In this document: positions 42,641 to 52,430 of the stretch, in pieces | How the letters are laid out: the number at the start of each line of letters is the position of its first letter | Position numbering within the stretch: the first letter of the stretch is position 1 | Assembly (NCBI GenBank): GCA_028345955.1 | Contig: JAOMEO010000001.1 | Span: forward strand, 48,739-112,738 | Source of the DNA: Candidatus Thioglobus sp. | GTDB lineage: Bacteria > Pseudomonadota > Gammaproteobacteria > PS1 > Pseudothioglobaceae | Reading direction: 5' to 3' | Length of the DNA stretch: 64,000 nt | Position numbers and translations under genes: made by a program | Notes under the pieces: model-generated | Told to the model about the DNA's origin: nothing | The model's database searches: none | The model's input: only the letters and a program-made list of their open reading frames with translations

Positions 42641-43891
42641 CTAGTGAGCCACACCTGCGGCTCCATGCTCGTCAATTAGTGCGCCAGTTGTAAAACGATC
42701 AATATGGAATGGTTCTGCTAGTGGGTGCTGTTTGTCTTGGGCAATGGTATGTGCAAAAACATTGCCAGATCCGGGTGTTGCTTTAAAGCCTCCTGTACCC
42801 CAACCACAATTAAAGTACAAACCCTCAACCTTTGTTGGACTAATAATAGGACAAGCATCAGGACAGACATCAACAATTCCACCCCATTGTCTGTTCATAC
42901 GGACGCGCGAAAATATTGGAAATAATTCCAATATAGCTGCTGCAGCGTGTTCGACAATCTTTGTGCTGCCTCTCTGAGCATAGGAGTTATAGCCATCAAT
43001 CCCTGCACCAACGACAAGGTCTCCCTTATCACTTTGGCTAATGTAGCCATGAACGGCGTTAGACATCACAACAGTATGTAATACCGGTTTCATTGCTTCA
43101 GAAACAAATGCTTGCAAAGGGTGACTTTCAATTGGCAATCTAAGGCCAGCCATTTTTGCCAGTACTGAAGAATGACCTGCACTGACACAACCAATACGGT
43201 CTGCCTTAATTTCTCCCTTGGTTGTTTTAACACCTTTCACTCTTCCCTCTTCGACCTCAATATCAATCACTTCGCAATCTTGAATGATGTCGACTCCAAT
43301 CATTGAGGCAGCTCTAGCAAAACCCCAAGCTATACCATCATGTCTTGCAACGCCACCGCGCGCCTGGTAGGAAGCACCCAAAATTGGATAACGTGCATTT
43401 TTTGATGTATTTATAATGGGGATTTGCTGCTTTATCTCATTAGCGTCAACAACCACAGCATCGACACCATTGAGAACGTTTGCATTAACTCTGCGTTCAA
43501 TATCTCGCATATTTTGTAAGTTATGACCTAGATTGTAGACGCCTCTCTGGCTAAACATGACATTAAAATTAAGATCCTCACTGATACCCTCCCAAAGCTG
43601 CAGTGCATGCTCATAAAGGCTAGAGGCTTCATCTCTAAGATAGTTCGAGCGAATAATAGTAGTGTTTCTACCGGTATTGCCACCACCAATATAACCTTTT
43701 TCGACAACAGCAACATTGTTGATGCCACATTCTTTTGCTAAATAGTAAGCAGTAGCTAACCCGTGTCCACCACCACCAATGATGATGACGTCATATTTAG
43801 ATTTGGGTTGAATCAACGGAATCGCTTGATCCCAATCTTGGCCACTCAAGCCAGCCTTTAGTAGTGAATACCAGGAATATTTTGTTTGCAT
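42641..43891 (-). CDS. soxB: Sarcosine oxidase subunit beta
   Basis: GGGGHGLATAYYLA, GNTGRNTTIIRSNY, ARHD, GWGTGGFKATPGSG, DEHGAAGVAH. Confidence 0.97.
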   Translation of the reverse strand: MQTKYSWYSLLKAGLSGQDWDQAIPLIQPKSKYDVIIIGGGGHGLATAYYLAKECGINNVAVVEKGYIGGGNTGRNTTIIRSNYLRDEASSLYEHALQLWEGISEDLNFNVMFSQRGVYNLGHNLQNMRDIERRVNANVLNGVDAVVVDANEIKQQIPIINTSKNARYPILGASYQARGGVARHDGIAWGFARAASMIGVDIIQDCEVIDIEVEEGRVKGVKTTKGEIKADRIGCVSAGHSSVLAKMAGLRLPIESHPLQAFVSEAMKPVLHTVVMSNAVHGYISQSDKGDLVVGAGIDGYNSYAQRGSTKIVEHAAAAILELFPIFSRVRMNRQWGGIVDVCPDACPIISPTKVEGLYFNCGWGTGGFKATPGSGNVFAHTIAQDKQHPLAEPFHIDRFTTGALIDEHGAAGVAH

Positions 43892-44132
43892 AATTCTACT
43901 CAATCAATAAATCTATAATTCCAGAACATTAATATATCAAATCACAATTGTAGCACTCAGTCTTATGTAAATGCCTAAGAACATAAAATATCCAGTGACT
44001 GTACTTCAACATCTTTTACTTTAAGCTTATTATTTAAATTCAAACAGAGAGTAAAAAAGGGAATTTTATCAATGAAGCATGTTCAAATCAATAACTTTGT
44101 TTTGAACCAGAAATAATCAGATCACAGAGTTT

Positions 44133-45029
44133 TTAAGGCATCGGGATAATGTGTTGTTTTCTTGCAGCAATGCCTTGCAAAGTAATAGCTGTCAGAATAA
44201 AGAATCCACAAATAAGAGTATTAGTTGCTGGAATCTCGTTAATTCCAAAGATAGGTAACCAAGCCCAAAAAATTCCAGCAACCACTTCAAGCATTGTTAG
44301 TAGTACAAGTTCCGCGCTAGGCAAATATTTTGCCCCCAAACCAAACAGAATCAATCCAGTAGAAACAATTAGGCCATTTATTACACTTATCCCTATATTC
44401 ATTGGTGACATTTCAAAACTACTACCTGTTGCAACAATTAAAATTGATGCTAGTATTAGGCCAAAAAAGCCAGCAAGTCCCGGCGTTAACAATTTTGGAA
44501 TTTCAGGATTGTGTCGAATGGTAATCGTATAAATGGAAAAACCAAGTGCCATAAAGAAACCGTAAATCATACCAATTATTGTGCTTGATTTTTCAGTGCC
44601 CGAAACTATAATAATTACACCAGCAAGAACAATTACTATGTTCACCAATGTGACTCGACTGAGCCGCTCCCCAAGAATTAAGTACCCCAGAAATGCAGTA
44701 AGAATCGGCGACAATGCAAGCATTAACAAAGTCACAGCAACTGTTGTTGTTGTTATAGCATAGACCCAGCTAAACATAGTTAGAGATAACACAAGACCAC
44801 CGAAAATGCTCCAAATATCGATGCGTTTTAATGAGTTAAAAAAGTTTCTACCTTCTCTAAACAAAACATAAGCAATAACAACCAAGAAAATAGTAATTCC
44901 TCTATAAAGAATATAGGGAAGTCTATAGTGCTCTGCGTCTTCTAAGAAACGAATAATTGGCGCGCCTAAACTCCAGACAAGCCCACTAATAACTACTAGA
45001 ACGAAACCCAAGAAATACTTATTCTGCAT
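44133..45029 (-). CDS. DMT/EamA family transporter
   Basis: About 10 TM helices, SPILTAFLGYLILGERL. Confidence 0.88.
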   Translation of the reverse strand: MQNKYFLGFVLVVISGLVWSLGAPIIRFLEDAEHYRLPYILYRGITIFLVVIAYVLFREGRNFFNSLKRIDIWSIFGGLVLSLTMFSWVYAITTTTVAVTLLMLALSPILTAFLGYLILGERLSRVTLVNIVIVLAGVIIIVSGTEKSSTIIGMIYGFFMALGFSIYTITIRHNPEIPKLLTPGLAGFFGLILASILIVATGSSFEMSPMNIGISVINGLIVSTGLILFGLGAKYLPSAELVLLTMLEVVAGIFWAWLPIFGINEIPATNTLICGFFILTAITLQGIAARKQHIIPMP

Positions 45030-45046
45030 TATTTCATGCCCCTTAA

Positions 45047-45066
45047 TAACATCTGATTAGATGTTA
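45047..45066. promoter_or_regulatory. Palindromic putative operator between divergent DMT and oxoprolinase genes
   Basis: TAACATCT-GATT-AGATGTTA perfect 8-4-8 inverted repeat. Confidence 0.45.
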
Positions 45067-45197
45067 CTGATTTCCGCATTTTGTTCCTAAATTGAATTTC
45101 TGTCAATCATTATTTTTACTTGACTATCTGAGCATAATAAAACTTGAAGATTGGATTTAAAATATACTATATCAATTAAAACTTAACAGCATGGTGC

Positions 45198-48100
45198 ATG
45201 AACTCAAAATATCAACAAGATAAAAAACTTTGGCAATTTTGGATTGATCGTGGCGGAACCTTTACAGATATCGTTGGCTGCAACCCAGATGGTGAGATTT
45301 TGATACATAAATTACTCTCAGAAAACCCAAATCAATATTCTGACGCTGCGATTCAAGGTATACGAGATCTACTCAAGTTAACTCACGAAGAGGCAATCCC
45401 AATGACTCAAATTGATGTCGTAAAAATGGGCACAACAGTTGCCACAAATGCCTTGCTGGAAAGACAAGGTGAAAAAACACTGCTTGCAATTACCCAAGGT
45501 TTTGGCGATATCTTAAGAATTGGTTATCAAAATAGACCCAAACTCTTTGCAATTGATATTCAACTACCAGAAATGCTTTACAGCGACGTGATTGAAATTG
45601 ACGAGCGCCTAGATCCACAAGGTTACATTATTAAACCGCTTGATGAAAAAAACACCGAAACGCAATTACAAAAATACTTTGTTAACGGTTATAGAACACT
45701 TGCTATTGCCTTGATGCACGGCTATCGATATCCTGAACATGAAAAAAAAATAGCAGCCATTGCGCAGAGAATTGGTTTTACTCAAATTTCGATTAGTCAC
45801 CAAGTAAGTCCTTTAATGAAAATTATTCCCAGAGGTGATACCACTGTTCTAGATGCATATTTATCACCAGTACTTAGGCGCTACGTCAACCAAGTTGAAA
45901 GCGCGCTGGGCATAGAAGCGAAACAAACAGGTCGCTTAATGTTTATGCAATCCAATGGCGGACTAACCGATGCGCGCTTCTTTGCAGGCAAGGATGCAAT
46001 ACTCTCAGGACCTGCGGGTGGCGTTGTGGGAATGGCTAAAACAGCGAAAGCAGCAGGCTTTAATAAGTTAATTGGGTTTGACATGGGCGGCACCTCAACA
46101 GATGTCTCTCATTTCGCTGGTGATTATGAACGCGTCTTCGAAACCGAAGTTGCTGGGATTCGATGTTGCGCGCCAATGATGCTCATCCATACCGTTGCCG
46201 CTGGTGGAGGCTCTATACTTCATTTTGACGGATCACGCTATAGAGTCGGTCCTGATTCTGCAGGCGCCAATCCAGGTCCCGCATGTTATCGAAATGGAGG
46301 GCCCTTAACGATTACTGATTGTAATGTCATGTTAGGCAAATTAGACCCAGACTTCTTTCCTAAAGTTTTTGGTCCAGCAGCTGACCAACCTCTTGATAGT
46401 GAAGTTGTAAAAGAAAAATTTAGTCGTCTAACAAAACAAATCGAAAATGCAACGGGCAAACCGATCACACCCCAAGAAGTTGCAGAAGGCTTTCTATCTG
46501 TCGCCATTGACAACATGAGCAATGCTATCAAAAAGATCTCAGTTCAGAGAGGTCATGATGTAAGTGACTATACCCTATCTTGTTTTGGTGGTGCGGGGGC
46601 ACAACATGCATGCCTAGTGGCAGACAATTTGGGGATAAAGCAAATTCACTTACACCCGTTCGCAGGTGTTTTGTCAGCCTTTGGTATAGGACTAGCAGAC
46701 ACTCGCACAATTAACGATATGGCAATTGAAGCTCAACTTGACCAACAACTTATCACAACCATTTCTTTAGAATTTAAGACACTCAAGCAAAGGGGGGTAG
46801 AAGACTTATCAGCCCAAGGATTGAATATCTCAACACTGGTCCACCATCAACGTGTTTATATCCGCTATCTAGGTTCAGATACAGCAATAGCAGTCACCTT
46901 TAACGATCTTGAGGAATTAATAAAGGAGTTTGAAAAGATCCATTTTGACCGATTTGGCTTCACTTCTCCAGAAAAAAAACTGATAATTGAGTCCATTCAA
47001 GTAGAAACTGTATCAAAAAGTACACAAACCGACTTAAAAAGAGCCACCTTAGGTACAAAGCAAATCTCAACATTGGCTGAACGCCAAGCTGTAATGGCCG
47101 GGAATAAACACAATGTTTGTTTTTATGATCGCGAACAAATCCCTATAAACTTTCAAATTAATGGACCTGCAATTATCATTGAACAAGCCTCTACTATTGT
47201 TATTGAACCAGGCTGGAAGGCACAGCTCTCATCGAATAATGATTTAATTCTAGAACGAATTCAACCACTCAAAAGGCAAAGCGCTATAGGCACTAATGTT
47301 GATCCTGTGATGCTTGAGATATTTAATAACCTGTTTATGAATATTGCTGAACAAATGGGTACAGTTCTTGAAAATACTGCAGCCTCAGTGAACATCAAAG
47401 AGAGACTTGACTTTTCCTGCGCAATATTTACACCTGAGGGTGAACTTGTAGCCAATGCACCACATATACCAGTACATTTAGGATCAATGAGTGAATCCAT
47501 CAAAACAATTATTCGCGAAAACACTACCTCAATGAAACCAGGTGATGCATTCTTAATGAATGCCCCCTACAATGGTGGAACTCATTTACCTGATATCACC
47601 TTAATTAAACCCGTTTATGATGAAAATAATAGTAAGGTTATTTTTTATGTTGCTAATCGTGGACATCACGCTGATATTGGTGGTATGTCACCTGGTTCTG
47701 CACCTGCGAACTCAATACATGTTAATGAGGAAGGAGTTCTCATAGACAACTTTAAACTGGTATCTTCAGGAAAATTTTTGGAAAGTGAGATACACCAACT
47801 GCTAGGTTCTGGCCCTTATCCTTCAAGAAACATTAAACAAAATATTGCTGACTTAAAAGCACAAGTAGCTGCAGCAGAAAAGGGTGTGAAAGAATTGCTA
47901 ATTATCATCGAGCGTTACAGCCTTGATGTTGTTCATGCTTATATGCAACACGTACAAGACAACGCTGAGGAGTCAGTTCGTAGGATTTTAGATGTACTGG
48001 AAGATACGAGTTTCACCTACAAAATGGATGATGGTCATCAAGTAAGTGTTGCCATTAAGGTTGATAAAATCAAACGTTGCGCAACGATTGATTTTACTGG

Positions 48101-48830
48101 AACCAGTTCACAACACCCCGGCAACTATAATGCGCCAATTGCAATCTGCTATGCCGCTGTACTTTATGTCTTTCGCTGTCTGATTGATGATGACATCCCT
48201 CTAAATAATGGGTGTTTTAAACCGCTAAATATAATCGTACCTGAGAAGAGCATGATTAATCCCGTCTATCCAGCTGCAGTTGTCGCCGGTAATGTTGAGA
48301 CTTCTCAATATATAGTTGATGCACTGTTTGGTGCCTTAGGAAAGATGGCTGCATCACAGGGCACAATGAATAATTACATCTGGGGAAATGACAGAATACA
48401 AAACTATGAAACCATATGCGGTGGTTCTGGAGCTAGCGCTAAACAAAACGGATGTAGTGCAGTTCAGACCCATATGACTAATACCAGATTAACAGACCCA
48501 GAAGTTTTAGAGTGGCGCTTTCCTGTAAGACTTGAAACTTTTAAAATTAGAAAAAACTCGGGTGGCAAAGGCAAGCACAAAGGTGGAGAAGGGGTTGATC
48601 GACAGATGCGCTTTCTTGAACCAATGACCGTTAATATGATTGCAGGACATCGAATTGAGCCTCCTTATGGTATGTCAGGAGGCGAGTCAGGTGCAGTCGG
48701 TGAAAATTACGTTGTTCACTCTGATCAAAAAGTGACAAATATAGGAACAAAGGGTCAAATCGAAGTTAAAAAAAATGATATTTTTATCTTAAAAACTCCC
48801 GGTGGTGGCGGTTATGGCTATCCTGACTAA
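45198..48830 (+). CDS. Fused hydantoinase A+B / ATP-dependent 5-oxoprolinase (OplA type)
   Basis: WQFWIDRGGTFTD, GTTVATNALLER, SGPAGG, DMGGTSTD, SVNIKERLDFSCA, GGTHLPD, TPGGGGYG. Confidence 0.93.
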   Translation: MNSKYQQDKKLWQFWIDRGGTFTDIVGCNPDGEILIHKLLSENPNQYSDAAIQGIRDLLKLTHEEAIPMTQIDVVKMGTTVATNALLERQGEKTLLAITQGFGDILRIGYQNRPKLFAIDIQLPEMLYSDVIEIDERLDPQGYIIKPLDEKNTETQLQKYFVNGYRTLAIALMHGYRYPEHEKKIAAIAQRIGFTQISISHQVSPLMKIIPRGDTTVLDAYLSPVLRRYVNQVESALGIEAKQTGRLMFMQSNGGLTDARFFAGKDAILSGPAGGVVGMAKTAKAAGFNKLIGFDMGGTSTDVSHFAGDYERVFETEVAGIRCCAPMMLIHTVAAGGGSILHFDGSRYRVGPDSAGANPGPACYRNGGPLTITDCNVMLGKLDPDFFPKVFGPAADQPLDSEVVKEKFSRLTKQIENATGKPITPQEVAEGFLSVAIDNMSNAIKKISVQRGHDVSDYTLSCFGGAGAQHACLVADNLGIKQIHLHPFAGVLSAFGIGLADTRTINDMAIEAQLDQQLITTISLEFKTLKQRGVEDLSAQGLNISTLVHHQRVYIRYLGSDTAIAVTFNDLEELIKEFEKIHFDRFGFTSPEKKLIIESIQVETVSKSTQTDLKRATLGTKQISTLAERQAVMAGNKHNVCFYDREQIPINFQINGPAIIIEQASTIVIEPGWKAQLSSNNDLILERIQPLKRQSAIGTNVDPVMLEIFNNLFMNIAEQMGTVLENTAASVNIKERLDFSCAIFTPEGELVANAPHIPVHLGSMSESIKTIIRENTTSMKPGDAFLMNAPYNGGTHLPDITLIKPVYDENNSKVIFYVANRGHHADIGGMSPGSAPANSIHVNEEGVLIDNFKLVSSGKFLESEIHQLLGSGPYPSRNIKQNIADLKAQVAAAEKGVKELLIIIERYSLDVVHAYMQHVQDNAEESVRRILDVLEDTSFTYKMDDGHQVSVAIKVDKIKRCATIDFTGTSSQHPGNYNAPIAICYAAVLYVFRCLIDDDIPLNNGCFKPLNIIVPEKSMINPVYPAAVVAGNVETSQYIVDALFGALGKMAASQGTMNNYIWGNDRIQNYETICGGSGASAKQNGCSAVQTHMTNTRLTDPEVLEWRFPVRLETFKIRKNSGGKGKHKGGEGVDRQMRFLEPMTVNMIAGHRIEPPYGMSGGESGAVGENYVVHSDQKVTNIGTKGQIEVKKNDIFILKTPGGGGYGYPD

Positions 48831-48899
48831 TATATCTATTTATAATGGAGCAGACTTACTTAGACGCTCATCATTGAAACTGGAACAGAGAGTTGAACT

Positions 48900-49763
48900 A
48901 TGAAAAATATCAAACAGACCCAAGCTCCTCTTGATGCCCATAAACGCAAACAAAATAAACCCGTTATCGCCTACCCCATAGATGGATTGCCTGAATCAAA
49001 TAACGATCTCTACGAATCTGCAAGAAAGCAATTAACTTTGATTGATGAAACCATCGTACCTCCAAGACAGGCAAAAACCTTTGTTGTTCCTGCTGGTCAT
49101 TTTTTTCGGATTGTATGTATCGAAGGCCCACAAGTAGGAGATCTAAACATTTGGAACAATGACAACATTAATGAGCACTTTTATAGCGGTAAAACGAGGG
49201 CACTTTACGGAACCCATGTTAGTACCGCTGATCGTCTGTATTCAAATTTTCCTTATCTCAGACCAATGGCGACTATTACTCATGACACACTAGATTGGTA
49301 TGGCTGGGACGAAGATGGCGGAGGTGTTCACGATGTCATTGGTACTCGCTGCGACCCTTATACTCATATGGCGCTAAGTGGAAATGAATATCATTATTGC
49401 TGCCATTCAAACCTTTGTCGAGCGCTATCCAAAGAGCAAAGAAAACCTATCTCTGAAATAGAAGCCCTAGTTCATGATGTTCTAAATGTTTTTATGTGTA
49501 CCGGCTTTACCAAAGACACCCACCAGTACTTTATGAAAGCGAGTCCAGTTCGCCCTCACGACTTCATTGAAATGTTTGCTGAAATTAACTTGCTGGGAGC
49601 ACTTTCAGCCTGCCCTGGAGGAGACTGTAGTTCTTCACATTCAAGTGACTCAGCCGCTTGTTATCCTCTAAAGGTCGAAATTTATAAGCCAAATAAAGAT
49701 AGTCTGAATGACTGGCAACCACCATCAACGAATAAATATTCCGGGGATCATGGTAACAAATGA
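48900..49763 (+). CDS. DUF1989 (urea-carboxylase-associated / YcgI-like) protein
   Basis: GPQVGDLNIW, HDVIGTRCDP, CCHSNL, DVLNVFM, LSACPGGD. Confidence 0.85.
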   Translation: MKNIKQTQAPLDAHKRKQNKPVIAYPIDGLPESNNDLYESARKQLTLIDETIVPPRQAKTFVVPAGHFFRIVCIEGPQVGDLNIWNNDNINEHFYSGKTRALYGTHVSTADRLYSNFPYLRPMATITHDTLDWYGWDEDGGGVHDVIGTRCDPYTHMALSGNEYHYCCHSNLCRALSKEQRKPISEIEALVHDVLNVFMCTGFTKDTHQYFMKASPVRPHDFIEMFAEINLLGALSACPGGDCSSSHSSDSAACYPLKVEIYKPNKDSLNDWQPPSTNKYSGDHGNK

Positions 49764-49793
49764 AACTGACTTACATACAACTAGATATAGTAA

Positions 49794-51428
49794 ATGACTA
49801 GTTACGATTACATTATTGTGGGTGCTGGTTCAGCTGGCTGTGTATTAGCCAATCGTTTAAGTGCAAATCCTGAAAATAGCGTTTGTTTGATTGAAGGAGG
49901 TGGTAGCGACAAAAGCCCATGGATTCAAATTCCTGCTGGACTTTCCGTGTTATATGGGCATAAGAAGTTTGATTATGCATACCAAGGAGTACCTCAAAAG
50001 AATCTAAATAACCGTACTATCACAGTCAATCGTGGCAAGTGTCTTGGCGGGTCAAGCTCTATTAACGGTATGTGCTATATCCGTGGCAATAAGAATGATT
50101 ATGACAATTGGGCTACACTAGGTTGTAAGGGCTGGTCTTATGAAGAAGTCCTGCCTATATTTAAAAAATTAGAAAATGATCAAACAGGTGGAGACCCACA
50201 ATATCACTCTTCAGATGGAGAGTGGCCAGTCGTTAAACCACAAGACGTGAACGCAGTTGCCAAACGCTTTGTTAAGGCTGGTGAAAAAATTGGGCTACCG
50301 CATAATCAAGACTTTAATGCCAGCTCACAATTGGGCCTTGGAATTTATAATGTAAACCAAAACAAGGGCATTCGAGTGAGTTCTTATACAGCCTTTGTCG
50401 AGCCTATTCTAACCAGACCAAACCTGACAATCCTTACCCATGCAAGGGTTAAAACATTGGATATTGAAGGTGATACTGCTAAGGCAGTCAATATAGTAAC
50501 TAATGAAATCGATAAAAAACTAATTTGCAACAGAGAAATTATTCTTAGCACCGGTGCTATAGATTCACCAAGAATTCTCCTGGCCTCGGGCATTGGTAAT
50601 AAAAAGGATCTTGATGAGTTAGGAATAACTTGCAAGCATAACGTGGTAGGTGTTGGTGAGAATCTTCAAGACCACCTAGACACTATGGTTACTATTCGTT
50701 CTCAAAAAGCTGAATCTATAGGTGTCTCGTGGAAATCTTTATTACCTGATGTAATTACAGCTCCGTTTAAATACTATTTTAATAAGATGGGCTGGTGGAC
50801 AAGCAATTATATCGAAGCAGGTGGCTTTGCCCAAACCAAATACGCCAATACAGAATACCCAGATGTTCAGTTTCACTTCACTAGCATTTATAGAAGTCAC
50901 CGCGGCAAAAAATTTGAATTTGGTCATGGCTACTCACTTTTCACTTGTTTATTAAATCCTCACAGCACTGGCACTATCAAATTAAATAGAGATGGATCGA
51001 AATTTAAACTTCTTATTGATCAAAATTTTTTATCTGACCCAAGAGATGAAACAATCATAATCGAAGCAGTAAAAAAAGCCAGAGAAGTTCTATTATCGAC
51101 AGAATTTGACGAAGTTCGTGGCAAAGAAATGGCCCCAGGTAAAGCAGTACAAAGTGATCAAGAAATATTGAAATACATACGCAAAACCGCACTAACGGTC
51201 TACCACCCAGTTGGAACCTGCAAAATGGGAATTGATGAACTAGCTGTGGTTTCACCAGAAAATTTAAAGGTAAAAGGAATGAATAATTTGCGTGTTGTCG
51301 ATGCTTCAATTATGCCAACCATTGTCAGCGGCAATACCTCAGCACCGACCATGATGATTGCAGAAATGGGATCGAACATGATACTGAATAAATCTGACTC
51401 CAAAATTGATTTCGAAGATTTTGATTAA
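49794..51428 (+). CDS. GMC family flavin oxidoreductase (choline/alcohol dehydrogenase-like)
   Basis: DYIIVGAGSAGC, GGSSSINGM, GENLQDH, YHPVGTCKMG, VVDASIMP, GNT. Confidence 0.92.
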   Translation: MTSYDYIIVGAGSAGCVLANRLSANPENSVCLIEGGGSDKSPWIQIPAGLSVLYGHKKFDYAYQGVPQKNLNNRTITVNRGKCLGGSSSINGMCYIRGNKNDYDNWATLGCKGWSYEEVLPIFKKLENDQTGGDPQYHSSDGEWPVVKPQDVNAVAKRFVKAGEKIGLPHNQDFNASSQLGLGIYNVNQNKGIRVSSYTAFVEPILTRPNLTILTHARVKTLDIEGDTAKAVNIVTNEIDKKLICNREIILSTGAIDSPRILLASGIGNKKDLDELGITCKHNVVGVGENLQDHLDTMVTIRSQKAESIGVSWKSLLPDVITAPFKYYFNKMGWWTSNYIEAGGFAQTKYANTEYPDVQFHFTSIYRSHRGKKFEFGHGYSLFTCLLNPHSTGTIKLNRDGSKFKLLIDQNFLSDPRDETIIIEAVKKAREVLLSTEFDEVRGKEMAPGKAVQSDQEILKYIRKTALTVYHPVGTCKMGIDELAVVSPENLKVKGMNNLRVVDASIMPTIVSGNTSAPTMMIAEMGSNMILNKSDSKIDFEDFD

Positions 51429-51446
51429 TTAACTTTTAGGCAAAAT

Positions 51447-52313
51447 ATGGAAAATTTACGGGGTATTTTATTCATGATTCTGGCTATGGCTGGATTTGCT
51501 CTTGAAGATTTATTTATCAAACTTCTTTCATCACATGTCCCAGTATCACAGATATTAATCATTATTGGCTTTAGTGGAACCGCTGTATTCTTAATTATTG
51601 CAATTCTAACAAATGCACCAATTCTGCACAGAGATCTATTAAATAGACCTGTTATTGTTCGGACATTTTGTGAACTGTTTGCAGCATTGTTCTTTACTTC
51701 AGCGATTGCTTTAACGCCGCTTTCATCTGTAGCATCAATTTTAATGACAACCCCGTTAATGGTGACGATAGGAGCTGCAGTATTTTTTGGAGAAAAAGTT
51801 GGCTGGCGGCGCTGGACCGCAATAATGATTGGATTTTTTGGGGTTTTATTAATCTTGCGCCCAGGATTTGATGGCTTTATGCCAGCCTCGCTACTAGCTG
51901 TTATTTCAACTATATTTTTAGCGGTAAGGGATTTAGCTACCCGTGCCATGCAGTTTGAGATTTCAACAACAACAGTATCTATTTATGCATTTTTAGCAGT
52001 GGGCATCTCAGGTTTTTTTGCTATGCCTTTCTTTTCAGCTATGGTGATTCCTGCTTCAATTGAAATAGTGTATTTTATCTCAGCCACGTTTGTCGGCGTA
52101 ATTGGCTATTACGCAGTCGTGCTTGCTACTCGCAATGGAGATGTATCAGTTATATCGCCATTCCGTTACTCACGGCTGGTGTTTGCTATGCTTTTATCAA
52201 TCATAATTCTCTCAGAAAGACCAGACTTACTAACATTGACTGGGGCTTCAATAATTGTGATTTCAGGCATATACACATTCATTCGTGAAGGTCGTTTGAA
52301 GCAAATACACTAA
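51447..52313 (+). CDS. DMT/EamA family transporter
   Basis: About 10 TM helices, GEKVGWRRW, GVLLILRPG, SPFRYS. Confidence 0.9.
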   Translation: MENLRGILFMILAMAGFALEDLFIKLLSSHVPVSQILIIIGFSGTAVFLIIAILTNAPILHRDLLNRPVIVRTFCELFAALFFTSAIALTPLSSVASILMTTPLMVTIGAAVFFGEKVGWRRWTAIMIGFFGVLLILRPGFDGFMPASLLAVISTIFLAVRDLATRAMQFEISTTTVSIYAFLAVGISGFFAMPFFSAMVIPASIEIVYFISATFVGVIGYYAVVLATRNGDVSVISPFRYSRLVFAMLLSIIILSERPDLLTLTGASIIVISGIYTFIREGRLKQIH

Positions 52314-52430
52314 AGTGATGTTGATAGCTTTCTTCCTGTTATAGTATAAGAACATACTGTATAGAAAAAGTTTGCTTTACTAAACAAACTTTATTAACAT
52401 CCGCAGTATAAATTACATCGAGGAGATGTT

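Noticed and set aside
38739-43891. Sulfur-oxidation sox genes
   Set aside because: Name collision only; the motifs are those of heterotetrameric sarcosine oxidase.
43892-44132. Glycine riboswitch or other ncRNA upstream of soxB (also checked before gcvH and gcvR)
   Set aside because: AT-rich with no recognisable aptamer consensus by eye.
48831-48899. Guanidine riboswitch upstream of the DUF1989 gene
   Set aside because: Region is short and I could not find paired ACGR-loop hairpins or a ykkC-type consensus; a covariance-model search would be decisive.
49794-51428. Calling the GMC enzyme betA
   Set aside because: No betB/betI context and the motifs fit generic AlkJ-like GMC dehydrogenases equally well; substrate left open.
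51425-51949. 174-aa minus-strand ORF, and the other short ORFs nested in or antisense to recognised genes (for example 13072-13470, 14598-15035, 44149-44532, 55682-56086)
   Set aside because: Fully overlapped by well-supported genes and without recognisable motifs.
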